This document shows positions 8,392 to 18,254 of a stretch of DNA of 43,602 bases, in pieces (the first letter of the stretch is position 1; every line of letters begins with the position of its first letter). The DNA is taken from the IMG/VR virus record IMGVR_UViG_2541047812_000007, positions 1 through 43,602 of that record. One strand, written 5' to 3'. The notes below the pieces were generated by a model, which saw only the letters and a program-made list of their open reading frames with translations, was not told the origin of the DNA and did not search any database. The translations under genes were made by a program, and so were the position numbers. This DNA comes from a virus (lineage: Duplodnaviria; Heunggongvirae; Uroviricota; Caudoviricetes).

Positions 8392-8759
8392 CAGAACAAC
8401 AACTCATTGATCTTGAGGATGAGATTAACGAGATCTTGCAAGAAGATGCGGCAAGAATTCACTTTTCATTTCACGCAGCATATGAACGCCTGAACGACGA
8501 GAGGAACAAACCGCCAATTACTCTTGCTGAGCTTGAAGATGTGTTTAAATCGTTTATATCTGCACATCTGCAGACTGTTTTGGATTTTGCTGAAGGTACA
8601 ACTTTCACCATAAAGTGCAACAAAAGCGCCCTTCATTTTCCTTGCGCCATTGTACACGAAAGAGAGTTTGGGAAAACGTGGGTTATCCAAAACGTCATTA
8701 CAGCCATGAGGAAAGTGGGATTCAAGTCTAAAGATTCTATTATCCTCGAAGTTAATTAA
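8382..8759 (+). CDS. Hypothetical protein (125 aa), second gene of the AT-rich moron
   Basis: Start overlaps upstream stop by 10 nt (translational coupling); followed directly by an intrinsic terminator; no family recognised. Confidence 0.6.
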   Translation: MSITEQQLIDLEDEINEILQEDAARIHFSFHAAYERLNDERNKPPITLAELEDVFKSFISAHLQTVLDFAEGTTFTIKCNKSALHFPCAIVHEREFGKTWVIQNVITAMRKVGFKSKDSIILEVN

Positions 8760-8780
8760 GCCCGCAGCGCGGGCTTTTTT
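8760..8780 (+). terminator. Rho-independent terminator
   Basis: GCCCGC-agc-GCGGGC followed by TTTTTT immediately after the stop at 8759. Confidence 0.65.
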
Positions 8781-8852
8781 GTGGACGAAACAAAAGTCAG
8801 TGCTACACTCATTGACGCCACATTGAGGTGGCTTATAGATGGAAATTTCACA

Positions 8853-9014
8853 ATGAAAAAAGCATTTGCTGCACTGTTCGTTTTGTTGTCTCTGGTAGCT
8901 TCAACTCAGGCCTTTGCCGGTCGTTGTCAGCACGACAGCGATACTGCCGCTGACGGCTCCCGCTGCGGTGGGCGTTCTGCGGATTCCCGCCCGGGTGGCG
9001 GTGGCATTCGTTAA
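8853..9014 (+). CDS. Small secreted peptide (53 aa), hypothetical
   Basis: Signal peptide MKKAFAALFVLLSLVASTQAFA; plausible promoter TTGACG-16-TATAGA upstream; weak SD. ORF-track start 8781 replaced by the internal ATG. Confidence 0.4.
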   Translation: MKKAFAALFVLLSLVASTQAFAGRCQHDSDTAADGSRCGGRSADSRPGGGGIR

Positions 9015-9036
9015 AAACAAGGCCGCGAAAGCGGCC
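9012..9036 (-). terminator. Terminator for the minus-strand antirepressor gene
   Basis: Hairpin GGCCGC-gaaa-GCGGCC (9021-9036); on the minus strand it is followed by a U-rich tract. Confidence 0.5.
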
Positions 9037-9063
9037 TGTGACATGTCACGCTAGTTTCGTTTT

Positions 9064-9318
9064 GCACGTCCCTGTGCCGCCGTTCTGTCAGAAGAACCCT
9101 GCCTTGTCGTTGATGTATTCCGCGTGCGTCTGGATATCACGCAGGCATTTGCTCACACCAACGATGTAGCAGAACATGGTGGTCAGCTCCGCCGCCGCGC
9201 CCGATACATCGTGCCCGTCTTCCTGTAACTGGTTCAGCAGATTCATCAGCAGTGAGTTCTCCGTCAGGCCGAGAACACCCGACGGCGAATGAATCAGACT
9301 GCGGTAGCCTGGCTTCAA
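9064..9318 (-). repeat. Copy 2 (inverted) of the ~260-bp antirepressor 3' repeat
   Basis: Reverse complement aligns with 7729-7993 and 42073-42341 with few substitutions. Confidence 0.8.
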
Positions 9319-10026
9319 TGGATAACCATAACATTTTGTCTGTGTTTTAATTGCCTCACGAAGCGCATCTAACATCTTGACTGCCACTTCATCATTCTCT
9401 GATGCAGATCCAGCAGGGAGATACTCCCCTTCAAGCGGAACCCGAGCAACAAGAGACAACGCTTCGGCAAATTGATCTTCACCAATTTCTTTGTACGAAC
9501 AGCCAAAATGAGATTTCAGTGACGACCACATGGTGATCATCGCCTTAGCCTGTTTTTCTTTTGGCAGAGACTGACCGCGACTCATGACGAGTTGTTTAAT
9601 GGCTTCCTGCTGTTCAGTTGTTATTTTACCCGGCAACGCCTTTTTAGCTTTGCGTGGGTTAACCACATGGCCTTTAGTCCAGTACTCGTAGAGCACATCG
9701 TCACACTCTTCCTGATACTGGATTACCTTGTCGCGGATTTCAGGGCGGACTTTGTTAGGGCTGATGCTGTTCAACCAAGCTGCCAATTTTCGTAAAGCCA
9801 TACAAATCATGGCTTGCACCCCACCGGCAGAAGGTATGGTGATTTCCACCATACCCTTCGAGAAGCGTTGAGAAATCTTCTTATGTTGAGATTTCCAGTC
9901 TAGCCCCATTCCCTCAACGATAGGTTTCATTGGGGTATACGGTTCGCCGTTGTGATTGACAACATAAAGCTCTGCGCCGTGGAATGGCACGTTGATAGTA
10001 GATACTGCTGTTGCTATACTCGTCAT
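9088..10026 (-). CDS. Antirepressor (ant-like), distinct N-terminal domain plus shared C-terminal domain
   Basis: 312 aa; SD AGGA before ATG; sits downstream of an Arc-like gene as in P22 immI; C-terminus shared with the other antirepressors. Confidence 0.8.
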   Translation of the reverse strand: MTSIATAVSTINVPFHGAELYVVNHNGEPYTPMKPIVEGMGLDWKSQHKKISQRFSKGMVEITIPSAGGVQAMICMALRKLAAWLNSISPNKVRPEIRDKVIQYQEECDDVLYEYWTKGHVVNPRKAKKALPGKITTEQQEAIKQLVMSRGQSLPKEKQAKAMITMWSSLKSHFGCSYKEIGEDQFAEALSLVARVPLEGEYLPAGSASENDEVAVKMLDALREAIKTQTKCYGYPLKPGYRSLIHSPSGVLGLTENSLLMNLLNQLQEDGHDVSGAAAELTTMFCYIVGVSKCLRDIQTHAEYINDKAGFF

Positions 10027-10098
10027 GTCGTTAATTCCTATACGTAGTTTTACGATACTGAAGCCCTGACGGTCTGGCCACCGTGGGGCTTCGCTGTT

Positions 10099-10266
10099 TT
10101 ATGCCACGCTATTCTTCTCACCAGTGAGTCCATACACTTTCCTCAGCTGATAGATAATCTCTGTATTGAACTTTCGGCATTCTTTTTCGCCATTTCTTTC
10201 AATAGCTAACTTCACATCGTCCGGAAAACGAACTCGTCGTTGACACATCTCTTTTGCTTTTTGCAT
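10099..10266 (-). CDS. Arc-like ribbon-helix-helix repressor
   Basis: 55 aa from internal ATG with SD AAGGAG 7 nt upstream; resembles P22 Arc (RFPDDVKLAIERNG...NTEIIYQLRK). Confidence 0.6.
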   Translation of the reverse strand: MQKAKEMCQRRVRFPDDVKLAIERNGEKECRKFNTEIIYQLRKVYGLTGEKNSVA

Positions 10267-10280
10267 TTCATATCTCCTTA

Positions 10281-10295
10281 GCCCCACCGTGGGGC
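10281..10295. promoter_or_regulatory. Palindrome GCCCCACCGTGGGGC upstream of the arc-like gene
   Basis: Inverted repeat next to the arc SD; core CCACCGTGG recurs at 10078-10086 and 29359-29367. Confidence 0.35.
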
Positions 10296-10386
10296 AAAAT
10301 AATTGTCACACCGTGCGTCATTGATGTCAAGCACACGGTGAGGCATACTTCAATCATTGCAAGTAACTCAATATTTGGTGAAGAAC

Positions 10387-10818
10387 ATGAGCAGAGAAGA
10401 TCCACAACTAAGGATCAGACTTCCCGTCGAAGTAAAAGAAAAAATAGAAATTTCTGCAAAAGCCAATAAGCGATCAATGAACGCTGAAATAGTACAACGT
10501 CTTGACACCAGCTTTCTGAAAGATATTCATGAAGATGACGTAATTTCTGCTTATGAAGCAAAAATCATTGCAAACAATGCACGACATGAAATATCAAATA
10601 TTATTTTCAAAAGAACCTTTAATGAAATTAATAAGAAAATAACACTTGGACATACAAGTTTTTATATAAACCTTAATGACCTTGAACTGGAATCACTTGC
10701 AGATAATGATTACCAGATCATCTTTGAAAAAACATTTAATAGGCTCAATGAACTAGGTTACATCATCTGTGAAAACTCATGGGATGCAGATGGTTTTGGA
10801 ATTGAAATACCTGAATAG
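10387..10818 (+). CDS. Mnt-like ribbon-helix-helix regulator with a ~95-aa C-terminal extension
   Basis: N-terminus resembles P22 Mnt/Arc (LRIRLPVEVKEKIEISAKANKRSMNAEIVQRL); divergent from arc/ant; AT-rich C-terminal domain of unknown family. Confidence 0.6.
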   Translation: MSREDPQLRIRLPVEVKEKIEISAKANKRSMNAEIVQRLDTSFLKDIHEDDVISAYEAKIIANNARHEISNIIFKRTFNEINKKITLGHTSFYINLNDLELESLADNDYQIIFEKTFNRLNELGYIICENSWDADGFGIEIPE

Positions 10819-10831
10819 GAAGAACAAAAGG

Positions 10832-10848
10832 CGTGTACATATTACACG
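10832..10848. promoter_or_regulatory. Perfect palindrome CGTGTA-CATAT-TACACG
   Basis: 17-bp inverted repeat between the mnt-like gene and the membrane protein gene. Confidence 0.3.
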
Positions 10849-10908
10849 TCTTTAATACAATTGAAAAACGCCACATTACTGATGTATGTTACAACAAGGA
10901 GCGATATT

Positions 10909-11472
10909 TTGAAAACCATATCTATATTAAAGGTTGCATTAGGCGTCGCTATTATTTTGACTCTCTCAATATTGTTTTATTTTTACCACAAACAAACTGC
11001 TATTGCTCTTGATAGTCACGCGGCAAACTCATTTTTCTCAGAGTACATAGTGCCGCTATCAGGAAGCGGTATAACAAATAAATATACTGACTATGACATC
11101 AAATATGGAATTGATGATGGGGAGACTATTGTATTACATGTAATCATTAAAAACCTAATGACAGTAAATAAAAATACAGACTTCAACGATAAAAATACAA
11201 TACATCACAACAACAGCAAAACATTAATTTCTTATAGTAGCAACATCTATACGGATAAATACCTAAAATACATATCAGAAGATACAATAAAAGAAACCCG
11301 CGAAAAGTTAAAAAACATATATTGTGCATCCGGCAGTTTTCACAAATTATCGCCGCAAGAGCGTTTATTCTACGAAGCAAGAAAACAACGTAAGTCAATA
11401 ATATTACATTATTATGCTGATTCAGGGGAGACACTCATATTTAATATTGGGGTTTCCCCTGAATCATGCTAA
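10909..11472 (+). CDS. AT-rich membrane-anchored protein, candidate superinfection-exclusion moron
   Basis: TTG start 7 nt after strong SD AAGGAG (ORF-track start 10861 also TTG); N-terminal TM helix; roughly 33% GC; occupies the position of sieA in P22-type maps. Confidence 0.55.
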   Translation: MKTISILKVALGVAIILTLSILFYFYHKQTAIALDSHAANSFFSEYIVPLSGSGITNKYTDYDIKYGIDDGETIVLHVIIKNLMTVNKNTDFNDKNTIHHNNSKTLISYSSNIYTDKYLKYISEDTIKETREKLKNIYCASGSFHKLSPQERLFYEARKQRKSIILHYYADSGETLIFNIGVSPESC

Positions 11473-11483
11473 AGGTGTTTAAC

Positions 11484-14400
11484 TCACCGCATCACCGGAT
11501 CCACTTGGTTTATTAGTGGCGCAATCCAGAACAGGTTATTGCCGGGTATCAGGGTTCGGACATTATGCACAATACGATCACCGGCATCACCATTCAACAC
11601 TCCTGAGGTCACATCAATGATGCTATCCGCAAGACCAAATGACGGTCCGAATAGAGATCCTACGAATCCACGACTGGCATACCTGGACTGTGTGCCAGTG
11701 CCAAATAAAGCCCCCAGCCCAACAGCACCACCAGTCGCCTTTTCAGCCATGTTGTTATATTCCATCAATGGCCCAAGAATACCGGATCTATCTATACCCT
11801 CAAGCACCAGCTTCTCTGGTGACCAGTCAACATTTTTCCCTTTCGATGCTTCTTTAAGCGCATAGACCAGTGAGCCAAGAGCAATCTGAAATGCAGTGCC
11901 ATAATAAAATTGCGCAGTTCCTTCCTGTAACCCACCAAGTAGCGCACGGTTGTATGAAGCCGTTGTGAATGATTTAAACTGAAATATCGTTCGCCCCATT
12001 GGAGTACTCGCCCATAAAGGTGTGTCACCAATACCGGGGGTGATGATAGTGTTATTAACGTCTTTCAGAACCGCTGACTGGAATACTCCGGCAACGTACT
12101 GATCGTCCCATTTATCAAAGTTACCAATGTGCCATCCATCAATTACCTCACCATGTTTCTCGAACTCACTGCGAATACGCGCAGCCATATTGTCGTTGAT
12201 ACCGAGTTTTGCCATGCGACGTGCAGAAAACGCACCAGACAAAATACCGTCTGACGTGAGCATTCCGTTCATGGATTTGTTTATGTCATTAAATCGATCC
12301 ATGAGTGTCAGCTTGCCGAAGGCATCAGTAATTCGCTCCATTCCTGCTTCGACTGCTGTTGTCCTGGAAGAACTGTCAACAAGATCACCAATTGCACGAG
12401 AACGTGAATGTAGTACAGTTTCCAATCCAATCCCCATCTTCAACATCTCTTCTTTGCTGGCCTTAAATGCCGGTGATTGGGATATCTGAGAAGCATAGCC
12501 TTTCATGGAGTTACGGAAACCATTAACCATAACCCCTCTGGCCAGATCTGGAATAGCTGATACTGTCATTCCACCGAGTTTGGTCGTGAAGTTCACATCC
12601 CGCAGAAAAGCGCCAGCACGAACAAAAAACGAAGACGGGTCATCAGGCATACCATATGTACCAACAAGACGATCGCGTAATGCTGTTATGTCTCTGAGAT
12701 CATTTGCTCTTGATTTTGAAAGTCTGGACTGTTCTTTCCGTAATTCCTTTTCGTACTTTCGCATTAATGAATCGAGTTTACCCTGAGGAACAACTTCACC
12801 ATTGCTCTCATAACGTGCTTTCAGATTTGCCACACTTTCGTCATATTTCGCCTTTATTTTTTCAGGCACTTCCCGTAACAGACTGTCATATTCGTCCTCA
12901 ATTAATTGCAGACGCTCTGTCATAGTTCGTTTGCCAAATGTTCTCGTCAACTCAATTTCTGCTGCCGCTTCACGGATATGACGTTGTAGAACGTAATTCA
13001 CATCACTTTCGAGATAATCCCTGATAAGACTATCAGGCACATTTAATGTTCTTTCTTTCGTACTACCTGCGGCTTTTACAGAAAATACGCTGACAAAATC
13101 CTGTGGAACCTTAGCACCAGTAATTTTATTAATTACGATATCCGCTGCAATTTCAGCATCCTCAGGATCCAGTGTTTTATTGCCTCTCGACCACCAGTCA
13201 ACCAAAATACGTCGAAATTTATCGCGTTCACTGATTATTTTTCCAACTTTATATATACGTGGGAAATAGCTTGCCTGGCCTAATGCTTTCAGTTCTTCAT
13301 CTGGCGGCAATAAACCAAGCTTTTGCATTTCAACCTTCACCCGATTTAATACAGTTCGCATCGCCTGCGCCGTTTCCTGAACAACAGGATTAGCATGCAC
13401 ATCACCGCTTCGCATAGCATTCCCAACCTGCTGACGAAATGAATCAAAACTCATGTCACCACCATCAGCTTTATACTTTGCGTATGCCTGTTTATTTCCG
13501 ACAACAACAGCAGCTTCTTCACGCTGCCATCCACGTGTACGGGTTTCTACAGCTACCGGTGTTTCAATCCCCCTTTCATTTCCTTTAAGGGTGAAATTAT
13601 TTTCGGCTAACTCCAGCGTTGTTTTTCGCACTGTCTTGGACGGAGACTCCATTAACCTTGTCAAAGGAGTAAGATAGCTCCCTGCTTTCCATGCAGCCTT
13701 TCCAACCACCCCACCGGAAACAGGGGTTAAATCATCCAGAGTCGCTGTATCAATTTTCATAGCACCAACACTACCACCATCAGAAAGCGAAGCGGCAGCC
13801 CTGTCAGTCGCTGATGTAATGCTCATATTATCAAGAGCATCAGCAACCTCACGCGTGGCTGCAGCCCGGACGGATGGCGAAAGCGCAACACCAGCACTGG
13901 CAAACACGCCGCTCATCATCGCACCCGCTGCAATGTGAGCGGCACTTTCACCCCATGAGCGTGTTATTTGCTGATTATTCAGCACAACCTCGCTTAATGC
14001 TGTACCGGCTGCACCAATCGCAATCTGTGAGCCAATACGCGCCAGTGCCCCTCCTTGAGCACCGGGGATAAACATTGACGCAACAGTAACCGGATCCATT
14101 CCCGCAGCAATACTGGCAAGGGTTCCAACTACGCCAGCATCAGACAATAAACGTCTGTCTTCATTTTCATCATCTATCTGCTGCTTAATCCACGCCGTTT
14201 CCTCTGGCGATCGGGAATCTGCAAATTTCGCCCCCCAGTATTCATAACCGTGCAACTCATTTTTATCAGCATATGGGTTATAACCTTCGACCGGTTCAAA
14301 CTGTCTGGCTGGTCGGAAAAAACCAGCCAGAATATTGTTCTGTCGCATTGCAGCCCCCCATACGGAAGGCTCCGGTGGCAATGGCTCAGGATTAGCCCCT

Positions 14401-14498
14401 TCCGGAAGGGCAACATCAAACCCAGTTTGTTCCGGCAAAACATTACCTGACGGGATCAGTCCGTTATTAAGATCTTCAGCTTGTGCATAAACTGGCAT
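11484..14498 (-). CDS. Large internal virion/ejection protein (1004 aa)
   Basis: Long ORF in the virion operon downstream of the transglycosylase protein; size and position like podovirus internal core proteins. Confidence 0.65.
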   Translation of the reverse strand: MPVYAQAEDLNNGLIPSGNVLPEQTGFDVALPEGANPEPLPPEPSVWGAAMRQNNILAGFFRPARQFEPVEGYNPYADKNELHGYEYWGAKFADSRSPEETAWIKQQIDDENEDRRLLSDAGVVGTLASIAAGMDPVTVASMFIPGAQGGALARIGSQIAIGAAGTALSEVVLNNQQITRSWGESAAHIAAGAMMSGVFASAGVALSPSVRAAATREVADALDNMSITSATDRAAASLSDGGSVGAMKIDTATLDDLTPVSGGVVGKAAWKAGSYLTPLTRLMESPSKTVRKTTLELAENNFTLKGNERGIETPVAVETRTRGWQREEAAVVVGNKQAYAKYKADGGDMSFDSFRQQVGNAMRSGDVHANPVVQETAQAMRTVLNRVKVEMQKLGLLPPDEELKALGQASYFPRIYKVGKIISERDKFRRILVDWWSRGNKTLDPEDAEIAADIVINKITGAKVPQDFVSVFSVKAAGSTKERTLNVPDSLIRDYLESDVNYVLQRHIREAAAEIELTRTFGKRTMTERLQLIEDEYDSLLREVPEKIKAKYDESVANLKARYESNGEVVPQGKLDSLMRKYEKELRKEQSRLSKSRANDLRDITALRDRLVGTYGMPDDPSSFFVRAGAFLRDVNFTTKLGGMTVSAIPDLARGVMVNGFRNSMKGYASQISQSPAFKASKEEMLKMGIGLETVLHSRSRAIGDLVDSSSRTTAVEAGMERITDAFGKLTLMDRFNDINKSMNGMLTSDGILSGAFSARRMAKLGINDNMAARIRSEFEKHGEVIDGWHIGNFDKWDDQYVAGVFQSAVLKDVNNTIITPGIGDTPLWASTPMGRTIFQFKSFTTASYNRALLGGLQEGTAQFYYGTAFQIALGSLVYALKEASKGKNVDWSPEKLVLEGIDRSGILGPLMEYNNMAEKATGGAVGLGALFGTGTQSRYASRGFVGSLFGPSFGLADSIIDVTSGVLNGDAGDRIVHNVRTLIPGNNLFWIAPLINQVDPVMR

Positions 14499-17215
14499 TA
14501 TTTAGATCCCCACGAAAAGTAATCTTTAAATTTGTCCATACGTTCGTTATGCAGGCGCTGATACTGCTCATCCAGAGCGCGATGCTTGTCTTTGAAGTTT
14601 CGTATAGCCTGTCCACGCATAATTTCTTCCTGCTCGTACTGCTCCCGTTCCTGCTGCATTTTCTTATAAGGTTCCCAATCTTCTAGTGATGGTTCCCAAC
14701 GCATAGGACGCCCATGTTTGTTATAAAACGGCTGGACCCGATCGATGCCATTTTCATCCTTAGTTCTTACCATAATGGCGTAATCACCATTACGAGGTGT
14801 TAACACGTCAGGGGTTATGAATAATTCTCCATTAATACGACTCTCAGGGGTTTTTGTCTCAACTACAGGAGCATTACCTGACGTGATCCCAAGCAACGTC
14901 GGACTGGTTGTTATAATCTCTTTGCGCTCACCGTACATCAGCCGTTCTTTTTCAGCTTTCCACTGCGCCGCCTGCCAGCCTGACGGCCCATATTGATAAA
15001 GCGCCTCCGGTGCATATTTCATAAACTGCGCTTCTCCGTTAACCTCGCTGATACTCCAGGTGCGGGCTATCTGCTGGTTGGTCATTTGCTTCGCTACGTC
15101 AGCGTTACCACCAGCAACGCGGTAGTTAATGTCATACAGCGTCTGATAGTCATTACGGAATCTAGCTGCTTCCGGCGTCTGGTCATCCGCAGACGGATCC
15201 CAACGGAACCACTGCGCCATATTGCTGACAGCAGAATTCATCGCCTTGCTGCGATTATTTTTGTACTCTTTTGAACTCTGCGTTGATGCCAATTGAGCTT
15301 TAAGAGCATCGGTCTGGTTGTACGTCAGGTTCTGCGCCTGCTCGATAGCCGCATCAGCAGACATGCCAGAATCTGTTAGTTGCTTAACAGTCAGATAAAA
15401 ACCCTGCATATCCTTCGGCATATTTCCAATAGATGCATTGTCTGTTTCATATAACCGACTAAACAAATTCGCTGCATTTTTAACCACTTCCTGATTGCTG
15501 GATCTGGATACTGCTGAAAGCTGCGTGATGACCTGCGAAGGCATGATGCCAGTCTGAGCCACAAGCCGAACAACCCCATCATGAGTGGAGGCATCATTAA
15601 TACGAAAGTTCTGCGCCATTTCTGTGTAATCAGCAGCTTTCTGCATTGATTTGTTGCTTGGGTCTAATTTTTCACCTATTGTCAGCGCCTCATTGAATCT
15701 GCGTGAATCACGTTGCGCCTGAATTGCTTCATTTGATCGCTGAAGCAATGCAGACAATTTTCCGTAAGCATCGAGTTTTAACGCATAGTGAGGATCGTTA
15801 ACCTCAGGCTTCACTTTCTGCATTTCTTCTTGCTGCTGAGAAGGAGGTAAATACTGAATTGCCTGGAATATTCTCGCGTTATCAATCGCTATATCCAGTT
15901 GATTGATTATTTTATCTGCATTTTTTCCATACCCCCTGATGATAGTCTCCTGAGCCGGTATATAATCTGGAACCTCACCGTTATATAGCTGGGCCATGGT
16001 GTTATTAATAGCTGGCTCAAGCTGTTCTAATATTAACTTCCTTTGCTTTTCTATCTGACTATTAGCAAGGTTATCTATTTGATAAATAGTCAGCGGATCC
16101 ATTCCAGTTTTATTTTTTCTATATCGGGAAAGCCACCCTTGTGTTTCTGATGGAAGATTTCGGATAAATTCTTCTTCTGATATTTCACCTTTACGTGGAT
16201 CACCGACTTTGGCGATCAGTTTATCCACGTTACCCATCCCCCAGTTATATGCTGCTCCGGTCAATATTTCGGAGCCGTACTTACCATACAGTTGATTTAC
16301 ATAGTCACTGGCGAGCATTTCATGCTGTTGTTCGTCCGTAGGGTTGTATTTAACGCCACGCTTGGCCGCCAGTTCTTTCCCTGTGCCCGGCATTAACTGG
16401 TATTTCCCCTGGGCTCTCTCTCCAGAAGATGTTATCGGTCCTTCAAGAAGACTACCATCAGGATTAAAATGTCGATCACCTGATTCAACAAGGCGTATGG
16501 CACGCATGTCCATGCCTCCAGAATCATTTTTCTGAAACAGACCATTTAGCCATCCTTCTGGATTGGCAGCGGCATAATTCTTCGCCCGCATTTCTGTGGC
16601 ACGGCGATCATCACTTTCTATTTCTTCCAGAATGCGTTCTTGTGACCATCCCCTGGCAGCTCCATATCTAGCAATGGCTACCATTCTGGAATTTCTGGCT
16701 AAAGTGGCAGTTTGCGGGTCATTCCAGGCATCCGCTTCATTTTGTATCCATAATTTTCTCGTTGCCTGATATTGCTCATCTTCATAGGCATTTGTCTGCC
16801 CTATCTCATGTCTGAGAACTCCAGTACTGAACTGAATTTTCTGTGTTCTGGCTTGTTGCAAAAACATATTTCTTGCTGCTTCATCAGTCAATGAAGCAGC
16901 TATTTCTTCCACATCCTGATCAAATCCAGATATGTACTCTTGCCCCTTACCAATCGCATTTTTGCCTTGTTGTGCATAAAAACCGGTTTGAGGGTTATAA
17001 AGACGTTCATTGCTGCGCTGATTAAGCTGAAGGATGGCATCCTGAGACAATGCAACATTCGCTTTCTGCCTGGCTTCACCATATGCCACCGCATACTGAT
17101 CTGCGACATTCGCCAGCACCTGACCTGCTTGAGGAACATCGAAGATCTGAAAACCACCGGTTTGCACACCACGACTTTGCACCTGGCGTCCGGATGTAGT
17201 AGGAACAACAGGCAT
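14498..17215 (-). CDS. Internal virion protein with lytic transglycosylase (SLT) domain
   Basis: SLT motifs LVESGD, AQGKYQLMPGT and AAYNWGMGNV at aa ~235-335 (nt ~16211-16515). Confidence 0.8.
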   Translation of the reverse strand: MPVVPTTSGRQVQSRGVQTGGFQIFDVPQAGQVLANVADQYAVAYGEARQKANVALSQDAILQLNQRSNERLYNPQTGFYAQQGKNAIGKGQEYISGFDQDVEEIAASLTDEAARNMFLQQARTQKIQFSTGVLRHEIGQTNAYEDEQYQATRKLWIQNEADAWNDPQTATLARNSRMVAIARYGAARGWSQERILEEIESDDRRATEMRAKNYAAANPEGWLNGLFQKNDSGGMDMRAIRLVESGDRHFNPDGSLLEGPITSSGERAQGKYQLMPGTGKELAAKRGVKYNPTDEQQHEMLASDYVNQLYGKYGSEILTGAAYNWGMGNVDKLIAKVGDPRKGEISEEEFIRNLPSETQGWLSRYRKNKTGMDPLTIYQIDNLANSQIEKQRKLILEQLEPAINNTMAQLYNGEVPDYIPAQETIIRGYGKNADKIINQLDIAIDNARIFQAIQYLPPSQQQEEMQKVKPEVNDPHYALKLDAYGKLSALLQRSNEAIQAQRDSRRFNEALTIGEKLDPSNKSMQKAADYTEMAQNFRINDASTHDGVVRLVAQTGIMPSQVITQLSAVSRSSNQEVVKNAANLFSRLYETDNASIGNMPKDMQGFYLTVKQLTDSGMSADAAIEQAQNLTYNQTDALKAQLASTQSSKEYKNNRSKAMNSAVSNMAQWFRWDPSADDQTPEAARFRNDYQTLYDINYRVAGGNADVAKQMTNQQIARTWSISEVNGEAQFMKYAPEALYQYGPSGWQAAQWKAEKERLMYGERKEIITTSPTLLGITSGNAPVVETKTPESRINGELFITPDVLTPRNGDYAIMVRTKDENGIDRVQPFYNKHGRPMRWEPSLEDWEPYKKMQQEREQYEQEEIMRGQAIRNFKDKHRALDEQYQRLHNERMDKFKDYFSWGSK

Positions 17216-17790
17216 CAGTAACCTCCTATTTTGAATCGGGAGTCAGAATTCATAAAACCTGAGTTAGATAACATTGGCGTCCCACCACTAGATGTACTTC
17301 CTTTAGAGAACGGACTCCACGTCCCACCAAACATCTGGTACGCACCGTATGCCTTCAGAGGCGCAGTGAGCAATGTTGTTGCTGCTCCCACATTCCCCTG
17401 TTTACGGGCTGAACTGGCTTCTGCTTTATAGTTGGCAGCCTGAACCTGATAACCGTAAGCCTCGCGTTGCGCGTTATTCACCGTCGTCAGAGAATCAAGA
17501 GCGCCAAACTGGGCAGTGTCGCCAAATATATCCAGCGCGTTACCTGTAGATAAATCAGCGCCGGTAGCCCCCATTGTCGCCGCCTGTGTACCAAGCCGCT
17601 GTCGGGTCTCTCTGCGCCGTTGCTCAGCTTCAGCGTTACCTCTGTTTATTGCATCATTTGCCTGAGCTGTGGCTATATCTGCGTTCGCTTCTGCAACCTT
17701 CGAGGCATACTTTCCCTGTTGGTACTGGGTGTATGCCTGAATGCCACTCATGGCGAGCATTGCGCCACCAGCAATAACCGGATCGCACAT
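17215..17790 (-). CDS. Internal virion protein (191 aa), gp14-like position
   Basis: Ala/Gln-rich protein between the small gp13-position gene and the large core proteins. Confidence 0.55.
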   Translation of the reverse strand: MCDPVIAGGAMLAMSGIQAYTQYQQGKYASKVAEANADIATAQANDAINRGNAEAEQRRRETRQRLGTQAATMGATGADLSTGNALDIFGDTAQFGALDSLTTVNNAQREAYGYQVQAANYKAEASSARKQGNVGAATTLLTAPLKAYGAYQMFGGTWSPFSKGSTSSGGTPMLSNSGFMNSDSRFKIGGY

Positions 17791-18254
17791 TATTTTCTCT
17801 CCATGTGAAATCTGTGGAAATTAAGACCAAGAGCACCATAAGGCGCGGCTTCTTCAAGCCTGAATCCAAGCCAGTGCAGCCATGCTTTGGCAACATGGTT
17901 TCGCTCGTCGACATAGTTTTCCAGGCGCGGATAAACTGCCAGCATCTGCTGCAATACAGGGCGGCAGTGGCGAAGAAATGTCTTCTGATATTTTTCGATA
18001 CGACTGGTTCCGACCAGCCAGGGCGTACCATTGCCACCGATCATTGACGCCGGAGATACGCCAAACATGGTTACCAGTTCTCCGTTCGCAAATCCTGACC
18101 AGGCCATAGTCGCAGTACGCAGACCAACACGCAGCGCATCTTCGGTAGTCATCAGTGATACCGCATACAGTTCGTCAATATCAGCCTGACGAACATCCGG
18201 CAAAATCATCTGAAGATGCTCTTCGGTTGCGGGAATAATTTGAACATCGACCAT
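17790..18254 (-). CDS. Virion-associated protein (154 aa), gp13-like position
   Basis: Position in the tail/core operon only; no family assigned. Confidence 0.5.
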   Translation of the reverse strand: MVDVQIIPATEEHLQMILPDVRQADIDELYAVSLMTTEDALRVGLRTATMAWSGFANGELVTMFGVSPASMIGGNGTPWLVGTSRIEKYQKTFLRHCRPVLQQMLAVYPRLENYVDERNHVAKAWLHWLGFRLEEAAPYGALGLNFHRFHMERK

